A DNA stretch of 64,000 nucleotides from Bdellovibrionales bacterium (GTDB taxonomy: Bacteria > Bdellovibrionota > Bdellovibrionia > Bdellovibrionales > UBA1609), in assembly GCA_965219095.1 (NCBI GenBank), contig CBDCMT010000001.1, positions 1,248,001-1,312,000 on the forward strand, in the 5' to 3' direction. Below are positions 32,741-44,345 of this stretch, one piece after another. Both the position numbers and the translations under genes were made by a program. The notes under the pieces were generated by a model. It was not told the origin of the DNA, ran no database searches, and was given only the letters and a program-made list of their open reading frames with translations. Within the stretch, counting starts at the first letter, position 1. Each line of letters opens with the position of its first letter.

Positions 32741-34152
32741 ATACCATTTCCAAAAATTAATTCGACATTTTTTTAACACATTGCGTCCTGGCTTTTTGAT
32801 AAAACTCTGTTAAATTTTTAGAGTCATGTCGAAAAAAGATTTAGTTACACAGATTCAAGGGTATAATTTTCTAGCTACTTACAAAGTAGAAAGAAGTGCC
32901 AACATCAAGACAAAATTATTGGCTTTGCAGCATATGCAAGAAGGAAAATCGATTCAAGAAACAGCAGGTATGGTTTTGTATCACCGTCACAGTATCAAAT
33001 CCTGGTTACAGTCTTTTTTTGTAGACTTTGATTACGAGGGATTGATAGATCGAGAAGGCAGAGGACGCAAGCCTCGTTTGCCAGTAACAGAAGAAGAGAG
33101 GTTCAAAATCAAGTTAGATGAAATTCAAGACAAAAGAGAGGGAGGAAGCATAGGAGCAAAGGGAATACAGAAACTTTTAGCAGATGAATTTAACTGTTGC
33201 TATTCTCTTTCTGGGGTTTATGTTTCTTTAGACCGCCTTAATATTGTATGGATCAGTGGTCGTTCTCTTCATCCTAAAAGTTCATTAAGAAGCTATGGAA
33301 CAGTTTAAGGAACATTTTCCAGAAGAGGTGGAGAAAATAAAAGAAAAGATTCAGACTCATAAAATAGAGATTTGGTGGCAGGATGAATGCAGAATAGGCC
33401 AGCAAGGTTCTTTGAGTAGGATTTGGGCAAGAAAAGGCACACGACCTAGAGTTGTGAGACAAAGACAATTTTTATCCACTTATATTTTTGGAGCAGTTTG
33501 TCCGGATAAAGATAAAGGCTGTGCTTGGGTTTTACCGGAATGTAATTCAGGGATGATGCAAATTCACTTAGATGAGATATCTAAAAATATTCAAGAAAAC
33601 TATCATGGAATTGTTTTAATGGACAGAGCCAGTTGGCATACCACAGAGACTTTGATAGTTCCTAAGAATTTATCCCTGATGCCTTTACCTCCTTATAGTC
33701 CAGAATTAAATCCCATGGAACAAGTCTGGCAACAATTACGAAGGATCAAATTATCGAATGCATGTTTTAAAAACTATGACCATATAGTGAATACTTGTTG
33801 TGAGGCCTGGAATACTTTTTGCGATCAGGAGGGCAGGATTAAAAAATTATGCACTCGATCTTGGGCAAAACAACAAGATGAATCAAGCTTGTAAATTAAT
33901 TTGAACCTATAAATTAAATTGTGTAACTGATTTTTGTCATTTTAAATTTTACCCTCACTTTTTCACTTATTTTAACCCATCAATCGATTTACACAACAAA
34001 TAGATATACCTGAAATAAACTTATCTTATGAAAACTTAAACTCACCTTAAAAGAAGTTTTTTTAAAACCTCCTAACTGAAACTTTTCCTTAAGTCAATTT
34101 TAAAATTTTAAATTTGAACATGAAAATGTCGAATTAATTTCTGTAATTGGTA
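32741..34152 (+). mobile_element. IS630-family element type A (32826..33308 + 33295..33894, one frameshift) with ~260-bp 3' non-coding tail
   Basis: TACCA(T/A)TT..AATTAATTCGACATTTT inverted repeats, TA flanks, DDE motifs. Confidence 0.93.
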
Positions 34153-34213
34153 TAAGTCTTATTCAAAGGGTGCGATATTTTTAAACTTAAAAGTATTTTA
34201 TCTTGAGGAGTTT

Positions 34214-34624
34214 TTAATTTGAATTCTTACTGAAAAAGTGTTTGAAATACTCTGTAACTTCTTTAGGAAATTTCTTACTTTTAGGTGAGAAAGAAAACTC
34301 TTTATAAATGCGAAGATAGTATAATTCATCCTCCGCAATAGCTGTGATTTTACCCTTACCAATATAAAACTCTAACTGCTTGATAGGTTTAATAGAGAAT
34401 TCCCAAAGAAAACTAATAGTACCATTCCAAATTCCATTGATTTCAGGTATTTCATAAGGAGTAAAAGTTTCTGACAGCTTCTGTATGAAGTGATTTGTGT
34501 TCTCTAGAACACCATCATTCAGCAAAACAGTGTCCCCCTCAAAACTCTTTAAATTATCAGAAACTAGTAAGCTCTTGAGTTTTTTCTGTATTAAAAAAGT
34601 GTTTGGTTTGAATTCTATAATCAT
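34214..34624 (-). CDS. Hypothetical protein
   Basis: 136-aa ORF with GGAGGTG RBS. Confidence 0.6.
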   Translation of the reverse strand: MIIEFKPNTFLIQKKLKSLLVSDNLKSFEGDTVLLNDGVLENTNHFIQKLSETFTPYEIPEINGIWNGTISFLWEFSIKPIKQLEFYIGKGKITAIAEDELYYLRIYKEFSFSPKSKKFPKEVTEYFKHFFSKNSN

Positions 34625-34925
34625 TTTTCACCTCCCTGTGATTTTTTAATCCTCCTTAATGACGATATTTTCTTTTACCTAACTTCTACCCAACCTCCCA
34701 CATATCTTCAGGATAAAAGCATAGCACCTAATCATATCTATCAAAACTACTTTTAGTTTAATCTATAGTTCTTTAGAAGTCAAGAATTTCGAAGAAAAAA
34801 TTTTTACAAAAGCTTTAGGAGGTAGGGAATGATATCTTCATTTAATAAATAAATATAATTTAAGAACATCTTATGGGAAATTAAGGAGTGGTTGGGGTTT
34901 TTGAACAAGCGGAAACCCCGCCATA

Positions 34926-36562
34926 TACTGGCTACACTTCAAAAATCCCTTTTCTATCTAGTCGAACGTGAAAAATGCACAAACAGCTAAAAACACTTGT
35001 TTTTTTGTAATTTTTGCATAAAAATAATTGCAAGGAAGTGGAAAAACAGATAAAAAACCTTGCAAAACAGAAAGGAAAAAAGATGAGGCCAAAAGACATG
35101 TTCAGCACACAAAAGAGAAGCCCTCTTAATTTTAGAGTAAACGACATTGTTCATAAGAAGCATCCGCTTGTCATTTTAGCTAATAAAATAGACTGGGATC
35201 GTTTTGATAAAGTTTTTGGTTCGAAGTATGATGAAAAAAAAGGTCGTCCAGGTCTTTCAACTCGTTTAATGGTGGGACTTCAGTGCTTGAAATACATTTA
35301 TAATTTAAGTGACGAGAAGACAATAGAAATGTTCAAAGAGAGTCCTCAATGGCAGTATTTTTGTGGTCAGCCTTTTTATTCTTATGAAGATCCCTGTGAT
35401 AGAAGTTCATTGACTAACTGGAGAAAGAGGATGGGGGCTGAGAAGATAGAAGTTCTCTTAGAGGAAACCATTGATTTAGCTTTGAGAGAGGATTTTGTAA
35501 AAAAAAAAGAGTTTGAGAATGTAGTTGTTGATACAACTGTTCAAGAGAAAGCAATAGCTTTTCCTACAGACAGCCGTCTTTATTACAAAGCTTTAAAGAC
35601 TTTAGTTCACAGGGCTAAAAAAGAGGGTTTAGTTTTACGTCAAAGCTATAAAAGAAAGGCCAAGGAGTGTTTGTTTAAGAATGCTCGTTATGCTCATACA
35701 AGAAAAATACGTTTAGCAAGAAAACAGCAAAGAAAGCTTCATACTTATCTAGGTCGTGTGATAAGAGATGTTACAAGAAAAGGAGGTCCTAAGTTCTTGG
35801 AAGAGAATACATCTTTAAAAAGATGTTTATCTTTATGTGTAAGAATTTATAACCAAAAAAGAGGGGATAAGAACAAGGTGTATAGTGTTCATGCTCCTGA
35901 GGTTTATTGCATAGGGAAGGGCAAAGCCCATAAAAAATATGAATTTGGCAATAAGGTGAGTGTGGCAACTTCATCAAAAAATTGCTGGGTTTTAGGGGTA
36001 AAGTCATTTGAAAAAAATGTATCAGATGTTCACAGTTTAAAGCCAGCCTTATCTCAAGTTGAATCCTTAACAAAGGTTAAGGCAAAAAATTTGTATGTAG
36101 ATAAAGGTTATCGTGGCAAAGAGCATCATCCTTCGGGAGTTAATGTTCATATTGGGGGAATGAGTAAAACATTAAGTCCCTACAAAAGAAAACTTCACAG
36201 AAGAAGAAGTTCAGTTGAGGCAATCATTGGTCATATGAAAATAGATTCTCGTATGGGAAGGAACTTTTTATTAGGATCACAAGGGGATGCTATTAATAGT
36301 CTTTTATCAGGAGTTTCTCAAAATTTTAGAAAGTTAATGCTAGAGGTGCGTCTTTTTTCGTTTTTTTCACTGAAATGGCTTAAAAGGCCTGTACGCCTTC
36401 TTGAAAACTACTGTTTTGTTTAAGTTATGAAAAAATATTTAACCCTCTATAGTAGAAAGTAACAGGAATAAAGATCATACAGCATAAAAATCCTAGGCTT
36501 TTGTCAATTTTTCACGTTCGACTATCTAGATAGAAAAAATGATTTTCAAAACAGGGTTAGCA
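34926..36562. mobile_element. 69-bp TA-flanked MITE (34926..34960 + 36529..36562) split by IS5
   Basis: Homologous over its length to the reverse complement of 46687..46754. Confidence 0.7.
34961..36522 (+). mobile_element. IS5-family element with intact transposase (35014..36423; likely ATG 35083)
   Basis: GTCGAACGTGAAAAAT inverted repeats and TATCTA duplication. Motifs VDTTVQEKAIAFPTDS, KGKAHKKYEFG, VDKGYRG, RRSSVEAIIGHMK. Confidence 0.95.
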
Positions 36563-36622
36563 TATTTATAAAAATTACACTGTTAAATGGCCTTGTTGTA
36601 CACAAGCGTTTTAGATCAAGTT

Positions 36623-38443
36623 CCTGAGTTTGCCCTTTCATTAAAAAAACACTTTCAAATCAAAAATAATGCAGTTTCATGTCTTTTTTCTTTAAGTTTG
36701 CAATATGTCATGTAATGTGCAATTATATAACTTAGAGAAAAAAGAGAGAGGGATTTTTTATGTTCATGGCTTGTCCTAAAAGAAAAGATGGAAATATTGT
36801 GGTTAGGCTGATTGTATCCTATAGAAAGGAGGGTAAACCTAAATCTAAAATAGTTAAAACTATCGGTCAATCTAAAGATCCTAAAGCTGTAGAGCGGTAT
36901 AAAAAGATAGCTAAAGAATTAATTGAAAAAGAAAAAAAGGGACTTGTTTCAATAGAGGGTGCTATTCGTAATAAGATTACAGTAAATCTTTCAGATGTAG
37001 ACAATGAAGAGCGTCGTAATAATGGCTTTAATGACATTCTAGGTTTTACTTACCAACAGTTGGGTTTTAATGATCTCATCCAAGCAGGAAGAGATCCTAA
37101 AAAGCTCAATGCTATTTTAAAGAATCTAGTTTTGATGAGAGTTTTTGATCCATCAAGTAAATTAAAAAGTTCCTATTTACTTGAGGAGCATTTTGGTAAA
37201 AATATAACTCTCAAACAAATTTTAAATTTGATGGATCACATATCAGATCAGGAAGAAAACATTAGGGATAGAATTTCCCAAGTTATTCTTAATGGGGAAA
37301 AGAGCTTAGACATTGTCCTTTTTGATGTAACGACCTTGGCCTTTGAAAGTGTTGTCCCAACGGACTTATTAGATTTTGGTTACAGCAAAGATGGTAAACC
37401 TGGAGAGGTTCAAGTTGTTTTAGCTGTTTTATCGAATCAGAAGGGTTTGCCTATAAGTTATGAATTATTTGCTGGCAACACTTCAGAGTTTGAGACCTTT
37501 GAATCAATGATTAAGGGGGTTTCTAGGAAGTATAACCTTAGAAAGATAAGGGTTATAGCAGACCGAGGTTTGTTTTCCAATAATAATCTTGAAGCTTTAG
37601 AGGGGTTAAATTCAGAGGGAATCAAAGCTGAGTACATTGTTTCTTGTCCCTTAAAAAAACTTCCTAAATCTCTTAAGGACAGTATTTTGAATAAGAGTAA
37701 TTACAAAGATGATGGTACAGAAGGCTCTAAAATCTTATACCATGAGGTTGAGTATAATAACCGACGAATTATTATAAGTTACAGTGAGAAACGTGGGCGA
37801 CATGATATAAAAAAAAGGGAACGTGCTGTAGAAAAGCTAAAGGAGTTAGAAAAAGATGGAAAGATTAAAAGTTCTAAGCTGATAAAAGGTGGAGGGAAAA
37901 ATAAATATATACAAAAAGTTCGTGGGGACACAAAGATTGATTGGAAAAAAGTGGAGCAAGACGCCTTGTGGGATGGTCTATATGGAGTTTGTACAAATTT
38001 AAAATCAGAGTCTGTTCATGCCATTTGTGAGGCCCGCTACAATCTTTGGCGAATTGAAGAGCTGTTTCGGATTAACAAACATAATTTAAAAATGCGCCCC
38101 ATATATCATAGAAAAACTCAAAGAATAAGATCACACATAGCTATTTGTTTTTTAGCTTATGTGGTTCTGAGAAGTACAGAAATAACTTTAAAAGAAGCAG
38201 GGGTGAATATTAGCTCCCAAGAGCTTATTGAGACTCTTAAGGATGTAGAGACTAATATTATTCGAAATAGAGTAAAAGTTCCCTCTAAAGCTTATGGCCT
38301 TCCTCGTAAGTTATCTGCAAAGGCTAAGAAAATTTATAAGCTCTTTGGAAAGGAGTTTCCTGAAAGAGCCTATGAAATAACATAATTGTGAATGTTTATT
38401 GGAGAGCTTTTGGTATGTAGAAAAATGTAGTATGTCTTTTTAA
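36623..38443 (+). mobile_element. IS1634-family element (tnp 36760..38385); right end cut by IS66
   Basis: CCTGAGTT terminus. Motifs FDVTT, GYSKDGK, ADRG, WRIEELFR..K..LKMRPIYH. Confidence 0.88.
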
Positions 38444-39187
38444 GTAACTGTTCACTTAAATTCTAGTGATTTTAATGTTTAGAGAGGTATTCAGTAGCCA
38501 TGTCAACGAAGGATAGATTCTGTTTTTTGGCCGTTCGAGCGACACTCATCATAACCTCTTGGTTATGTGCTCCCTGTTCTGAGCGATTGCAATAAGAGAT
38601 TTTTCTCATAAGTACAGCAGGCCTAATTTCCCTCTCTCCATAATTGTTAGTGGGGTCTACTCCAGACTTAATGAAAGTATAAATTTCATCTCGATATTTG
38701 ACCAAACGTTTACAAAGTCTTTGTAAGTCATGGCTTCTGTATTTTTTTGATACCCATTTTTCTGTATCACACATAAGCAGTTTGTATTTTCGATCGATAT
38801 TCTCTTTACTCTCATATTCATTTTGCAACCTTTTTCCCCTCTTGAAAAAAAGTTTGGCTCTCTTAGAAAACTGAGCAATTTCTTTGCTTTTAGGATGTTT
38901 TTCTTTTAGCCCATGAAGCTCCCTTAAAAGATGGGGCCAACATTTTTGCTTTTGACAGTCAATCTTGTTATATAGTGCTTCCGTTTAGGTTTTTAGAATC
39001 TAAAGGAAGAATTATCATATGAAACTATTTTTTAAAACAAATGACGATTTATCAATACTTTTGAATAAAAACTAGACCCTAACTCAAAAAATCTGAAAAT
39101 CTAAACGAAAAATATCATATAACATTATAGGCATAGGAGCTTTTAGTGAAATTTCAACAATTTACTAGAATTTTTCTGAACAGTTAC
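38444..39187 (-). mobile_element. IS66 type C, internally deleted (~0.9 kb)
   Basis: Both termini present; matches the 16754..20097 element. The deletion abuts an IS630-B right end at 38973. Confidence 0.9.
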
Positions 39188-39194
39188 TATAAAA

Positions 39195-39266
39195 TAACCC
39201 CTCGATTTGAGGTGTTTGTTGATATCAGCTAGCTTTTGGCACTGAAAAAAGTCGAAACTCGGGTTA
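39195..39266 (+). mobile_element. ~72-bp IS982-derived miniature element
   Basis: Right end identical to 5548-5566. Degenerate left end TAACCCCTCGATTT. Confidence 0.55.
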
Positions 39267-39276
39267 CTATATTTTT

Positions 39277-39410
39277 CATTTTAAAAGATTCTTATCCATG
39301 GATTTGAGTATTTTTTTCGATGCTTGATCAATGTGACTATTTTAGGAAATTCGCACCCTTCTTCTTGCATAATCATGTAAACTTTATACATACCATTCCC
39401 TAATGTCTTT
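39277..39410 (-). pseudogene. Eroded 3' fragment of an IS1634 transposase
   Basis: Aligns by eye to 44625..44760 (TTATCCA.GG.TTTGAGTATTTTTT, TCAATGTGACTATTTTAG). Confidence 0.65.
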
Positions 39411-39591
39411 CAAAAGAAACAGTACCTAAAAGTCTTCATTTGTTTATAAATCTTTCCTTTCGGATCAAAAATTTGTCTTGAAAAGATACAAGAGAAAAAA
39501 AGTTGTCTTATTAAGATACGAAAAAGTAAAAATAACTCACTTTTTTACTTTTTTTTAAAAAATTTACTTAAAAAAGCCGATAGAGATTCCA

Positions 39592-40296
39592 ATGGCAAAA
39601 CCAAGATTGAAACAGAAACTTTTTATTTCATCAAACATAGATCATATTGATCAAATGAAGTTCATGACTGAAGAAATACAAAGCATTTTAGAGAGAAGAG
39701 GCTATAGCCTTACCCCTTACACCTCTGACTCTCTTCAAAAATTCTCTGAAGATCCTGAAGAAAAACAAATCGCTTCTCTTGAGGAGGTAAGGAACTATTT
39801 GGAGATCATCAAGCTAAAGCCCATTCTAGAAAATACAGGAAAATTGAGAAATCAAGAAGAAGTTAAGATTCTTAGGATTTTCTTTGATAAGTATAACGTA
39901 CTTGCTCCTACGGAAGTCTTTAGAGAGATTAAAGAAGGTAATGTTATAGAAGTGTACACTGAAGATCATAGACAGATTCATAGAAATTTTGAGTTTCTCC
40001 ATGAATGTAAATATGACTATCTCACAACCATTCGAAATCCTTGGTATGAAATTTATGATAGGGATAATGAAATTCAAAATCAAATTTTATCTCAAGTAGA
40101 AGTTTTTATTCGTGGGCCAAGGGTCTATAGTAGTATTGATCCTAAAATTCCTGCACATACTGTTAAAGAATTAAAACTTGAGAACGTTAAAAGGAGGTAT
40201 TTAATTAAAATGAGGCGGTGGATTAAAGTTCCCTGCACAAAGAATAAGGAATGTTTTATAATTGTTATCTCAAAGACAAAAAGAATTAAAATCTAA
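39592..40296 (+). CDS. Hypothetical protein
   Basis: Intact 234-aa ORF between IS stacks; family not recognised with certainty. Confidence 0.7.
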   Translation: MAKPRLKQKLFISSNIDHIDQMKFMTEEIQSILERRGYSLTPYTSDSLQKFSEDPEEKQIASLEEVRNYLEIIKLKPILENTGKLRNQEEVKILRIFFDKYNVLAPTEVFREIKEGNVIEVYTEDHRQIHRNFEFLHECKYDYLTTIRNPWYEIYDRDNEIQNQILSQVEVFIRGPRVYSSIDPKIPAHTVKELKLENVKRRYLIKMRRWIKVPCTKNKECFIIVISKTKRIKI

Positions 40297-41056
40297 ACAC
40301 TCATTTTCTTAAAAGGTTAAAGCTAATTTTTACTTCTAATCTTATGAACCTTTGTGTTCATCACATATAGTGCTTCCGTTTAAGTTTTCCGTTTTTTTTT
40401 GAGTTGAGGTCTAGTTTTTATTCTAAGGCCTTGATAAAAAGTCATTTATTTTTAAAAATAGTTTCATATGTCAGGGTTTCTATCAAAAAAAGAGCGAAAA
40501 GATTTACTCTATGAACTATCTCTAGAGAAAAATCTTAAATACGCAAAAAGGATTATGACAATTCTCCATTTAGATAAAGGTAAGTTGTGTAAAGATATTG
40601 CCTGCTTTCTTTTCATTGATGAGGGCACGATAAGAGCCTGTAGAGATCGTTATAACAAAGGTGGGATAGAGTGCTTAATCAACGACAATTACAACCCTAA
40701 AAGGTCCTTTTTAACTAAGAAAGAGGAGAAAATGCTTTTAAAGGAATTAGAGAAAAGAATTTTTCCATCATCACGGTCTGTCATCCAATTCATTGAGGAG
40801 AATTTTAGTGTTACGTACTTTAACAAGTGGTGTAATTGATCTTCTCCATCGCCTTGGTTTTTCTTATAAAAAAGCCACAGCGATACCGGGTAAGGCAAAG
40901 AGAGAAGAGCAGAAAAAGTTTGTGCGTAAATACAAGAGAATTAAGAAGAAAGACGGTCCTGTTTACTTTGCTGATTCCACACATCCTGAGTGGGGCCCTA
41001 CGATTTCATATGGTTGGATAAGAGAGGGTAAGAAGTTTGAAGTGAAGACCAATTCA

Positions 41057-42749
41057 CCTAAATTCGTGACCAAAAATGTACACTACAAAGCTATAATTTC
41101 CCATTTTCCATAAAAATCTCAGTTTTCATAGGGGAATTTTCGATTTTTAGATAAAATCACAAAAAATAACTTGCCTTGCATTTTCCTTTGTAGTGTAATA
41201 TATTACACTACAAGAGGGAGAAATATGAGCTTTATCAGAAGAATAAAAAGAGGAAAGGTAACATATCTTGCAGAAGTAGAGAACAAAAGGGTCGATGGAA
41301 AAGTTATCCAAAAGCATATTCGGTACATCGGGAAGGAAGAGAATGGTGAAACTGTAATTTCAATGAGTTCATCTGATCTTGAAATAGAAAAGGTCAAGGT
41401 TTATGGTCCTTTGCTTGTTTTAGATAAAATAGCTAGGGAAATAGATTTGCAAAAATCTCTTGGCCAATACTCCAATGAAATATTAAGCATGGTCTATGCT
41501 CACTGTTTAGATTACAAAAGCCTTAGAAAAATGCCAAAATGGTATGAGAGAACAGATTTAAACACTTTGCTAAATTTAGAGGATCTAACCGAAAGTCGTT
41601 TGCTTTCTGCTCTAGATTCTTTAGAGAGTGATCCAGAAAATTTACAGAAGAAAATATTTCAAGGTGTTCAGAAAAGGTACAATCTTGAGCTAAAAGGGTT
41701 GGTGTACGATGTTACCAATACATACCTTTATGGTAGCAAATGTCAGCTTGGAAAATTAGGAAAGAGTAAGGATGGGAAACGTGGAAATCCTTTGATTCAA
41801 ATTGGTTTGGTGACAACTCAAAAAGAAGGAATACCAGTGTTTCATAAAACTTTTAGTGGAAACATACACGATAGCAGGACTCTACTAAGTTTATCCGATG
41901 GATTTGCAAACTATGGACTAAGTGGAGGAATGTTTGTTTACGACAGAGGCATTTTTTCAGAGAGAAACCTCAATGAAATCAATGATTTGGGCTGGAATAC
42001 GCTTTGTGGGATTGCTCTCAGAAAAAAAGAGAAGGATTTGATTAGAAAAATGATAAGGCTAGACTCTATTGTTGATGTATCCCATCGCATCAGGTTATCA
42101 AGTGGTACCTTGTATGCTCAGAGCATTAATCACAATGTTGGAAAAATCAAAGGACGTTTAGTTGTTTGTTACAATCAAAGGAGAGCTTTAGATATAAGAG
42201 AATCTCGTTTGGACGAAATTGCAAACGCACAAATTCTTTTGTCTAAAAATATAAAACCAGGTTTGGAAAAATACCTTACTCCAACAGGAAGATTAAGGAG
42301 AGATCGGTTGAATTTAGAATCTGAGTTTGATGGTTACTCTTGTATATTTTCTACAAAAAAGATCTCTGCAAAAGATATTGTTAATTTGTATTATAAGAAA
42401 GAGATAATTGAAAAATCTTTTAGGACCTTAAAGGGAATAACAAATTTGAGACCAATTCGTCATTGGCTTTACAACAGAGTTCAATCACATGTCTTTATAT
42501 GCTATTTATCTTGTCTGATACTTTCAATTCTAAAAATGAAGCTTGAAAAGATGCAGATGTCTCCAGAGGAAGCTCTTGAAGAACTCGGTAGCATGTATAA
42601 TGTCTATCTTTATGACCGAAAAAATAAAACTAGACTTATCAAAACAGTAGCTTTGAATAAAGTTCAAGAAAAAATACTAAGATCTATTGGAAAAAGTCTT
42701 GTCAAAAAAACGTCCGTCTGTAGTGTACATTTTTGAGCACGAACTCAGG
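41057..42749 (+). mobile_element. IS1634-family element, ORF intact (ATG 41225..42736); 7-bp TSD CAATTCA
   Basis: CCTAAATTCGTG / CACGAACTCAGG ends. Motifs YDVTNTY, YDRG, IEKSFRTLK...RPIRHW. Confidence 0.95.
41188..41213. promoter_or_regulatory. Perfect 26-bp palindrome upstream of the IS1634 transposase RBS
   Basis: TTGTAGTGTAATATATTACACTACAA. The half-site matches the subterminal TACACTACA at both IS ends. Confidence 0.6.
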
Positions 42750-43208
42750 CAATTCAGGCTGGAGAAAAAGAGTGAATGTTTGTGGAGCTATTGAGATCAA
42801 TAGTTTGAAGACGGTAGTCAGGAGTTATAAGACAGTTAACGAAGTTTTTCTATGTGATATGCTCTATCATATTCATTAAGAAGTATTCCAATGAAAAAGA
42901 GATTCATCTTATCTTAGATGGAGCCGGATACAATAGATCGAAGTCTGTCAAGAAGTTAGCAAAAGAGTTGAATATAAAACTTATTTATCTTCCTCCGTAC
43001 TCACCGAATTCAAATCCTATAGAAAGGCTTTGGAAGTTTATGAAAAAAGAGGTCACAGCGAATCGCTATTATGAAAACTATGACGATTTCAAGGGAAGTT
43101 TAAGTCAATTTTTTAGAGGAATACGAAAACACAGGCCTAAATTAGAAACTTTGATAACTGATAACTTCTCCATCTTAGGAACCTGAAACCCTAAACGGAA
43201 GCACTATA

Positions 43209-44345
43209 TAGTGCTTCCGCTTAGGTTTTCCGTTTTTTTTTGAGTTGAGGTCTAGTTTTTATTCTAAGGCCTTGATAAAAAGTCATTTATTTTTAAAAAT
43301 AGTTTCATATGTCAGGGTTTCTATCAAAAAAAGAGCGAAAAGATTTACTCTATGAACTATCTCTAGAGAAAAATATTAAATACGTAAAAAGGATTATGAC
43401 AATTCTCCATTTAGATAAAGGTGAGTTGTGTAAAGATATTTCCCGTTTTCTTTTCATTGATGAGGGCACGATAAGAGCCTGTAGAGATCGTTATAACAAA
43501 GGAGGGATAGAGTGCTTAATCAACGACAATTACAACCTAAAAGGTCCTTTTTAACTAAGAAAGAGGAGAAAATGCTTTTAAAGGAGTTAAAAAAAAGAAT
43601 TTTTCCGTCATCACAGTCTGTTATTCAGTTCATTGAGGAGAATTTTGGTGTTACGTACTCAACAAGTGGTGCGATTGATCTTCTCCATCGCCTTGGTTTT
43701 TCTTATAAAAAAGCCACAGCGATACCGGGTAAGGCAAAGAGAGAAGAGCAGAAAAAGTTTGTGCGTAAATACAAGAGAATTAAAAAGAAAGACGGTCCTG
43801 TTTACTTTGCTGATTCCACACATCCTGAGTGGGGCCCTACGATTTCATATGGTTGGATAAGAGAGGGTAAGAAGTTTGAAGTGAAGACCAATTCAGGCTG
43901 GAGAAAAAGAGTGAATGTTTGTGGAGCTATTGAGATCAATAGTTTGAAGACGGTAGTCAGGAGTTATAAGACAGTTAACGAAGTTTTTCTATGTGATATG
44001 CTCTATCATATTCATTAAGAAGCATCCCGATGAAAAAGAGATTCATCTTATCTTAGATGGGGCCGGATACAATAGATCGAAGTCTGTCAAGAAGTTAGCA
44101 AAAGAGTTGAATATAAAACTTATTTATCTTCCTCCGTACTCACCGAATTCAAATCCTATAGAAAGGCTTTGGAAGTTTATGAAAAAAGAGGTCACAGCGA
44201 ATCGCTATTATGAAAACTATGACGATTTCAAGGGAAGTTTAAGTCAATTTTTTAGAGGAATACGAAAACACAGGCCTAAATTAGAAACTTTGATAACTGA
44301 TAACTTCTCCATCTTAGGAACCTGAAAACCTAAACGGAAGCACTA
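43209..44345 (+). mobile_element. IS630 type B, frameshifted, in tandem with the previous copy across one TA
   Basis: Junction GCACTA-TA-TAGTGC at 43201-43214. Confidence 0.93.

Larger units (their letters stand above)
40368..43206 (+). mobile_element. IS630-family element type B, frameshifted and interrupted by IS1634
   Basis: TAGTGCTTCCGTTTA / TAAACGGAAGCACTA ends. Motifs FADSTHP, LDGAGYN, LPPYSPN.NPIERLW. Confidence 0.93.

Noticed and set aside
34888..34924. GGGGTTT/AAACCCC hairpin as an IS200/IS605 end or group II intron domain
   Set aside because: No tnpA, tnpB or RT nearby, and no domain V consensus. It is just an isolated hairpin.
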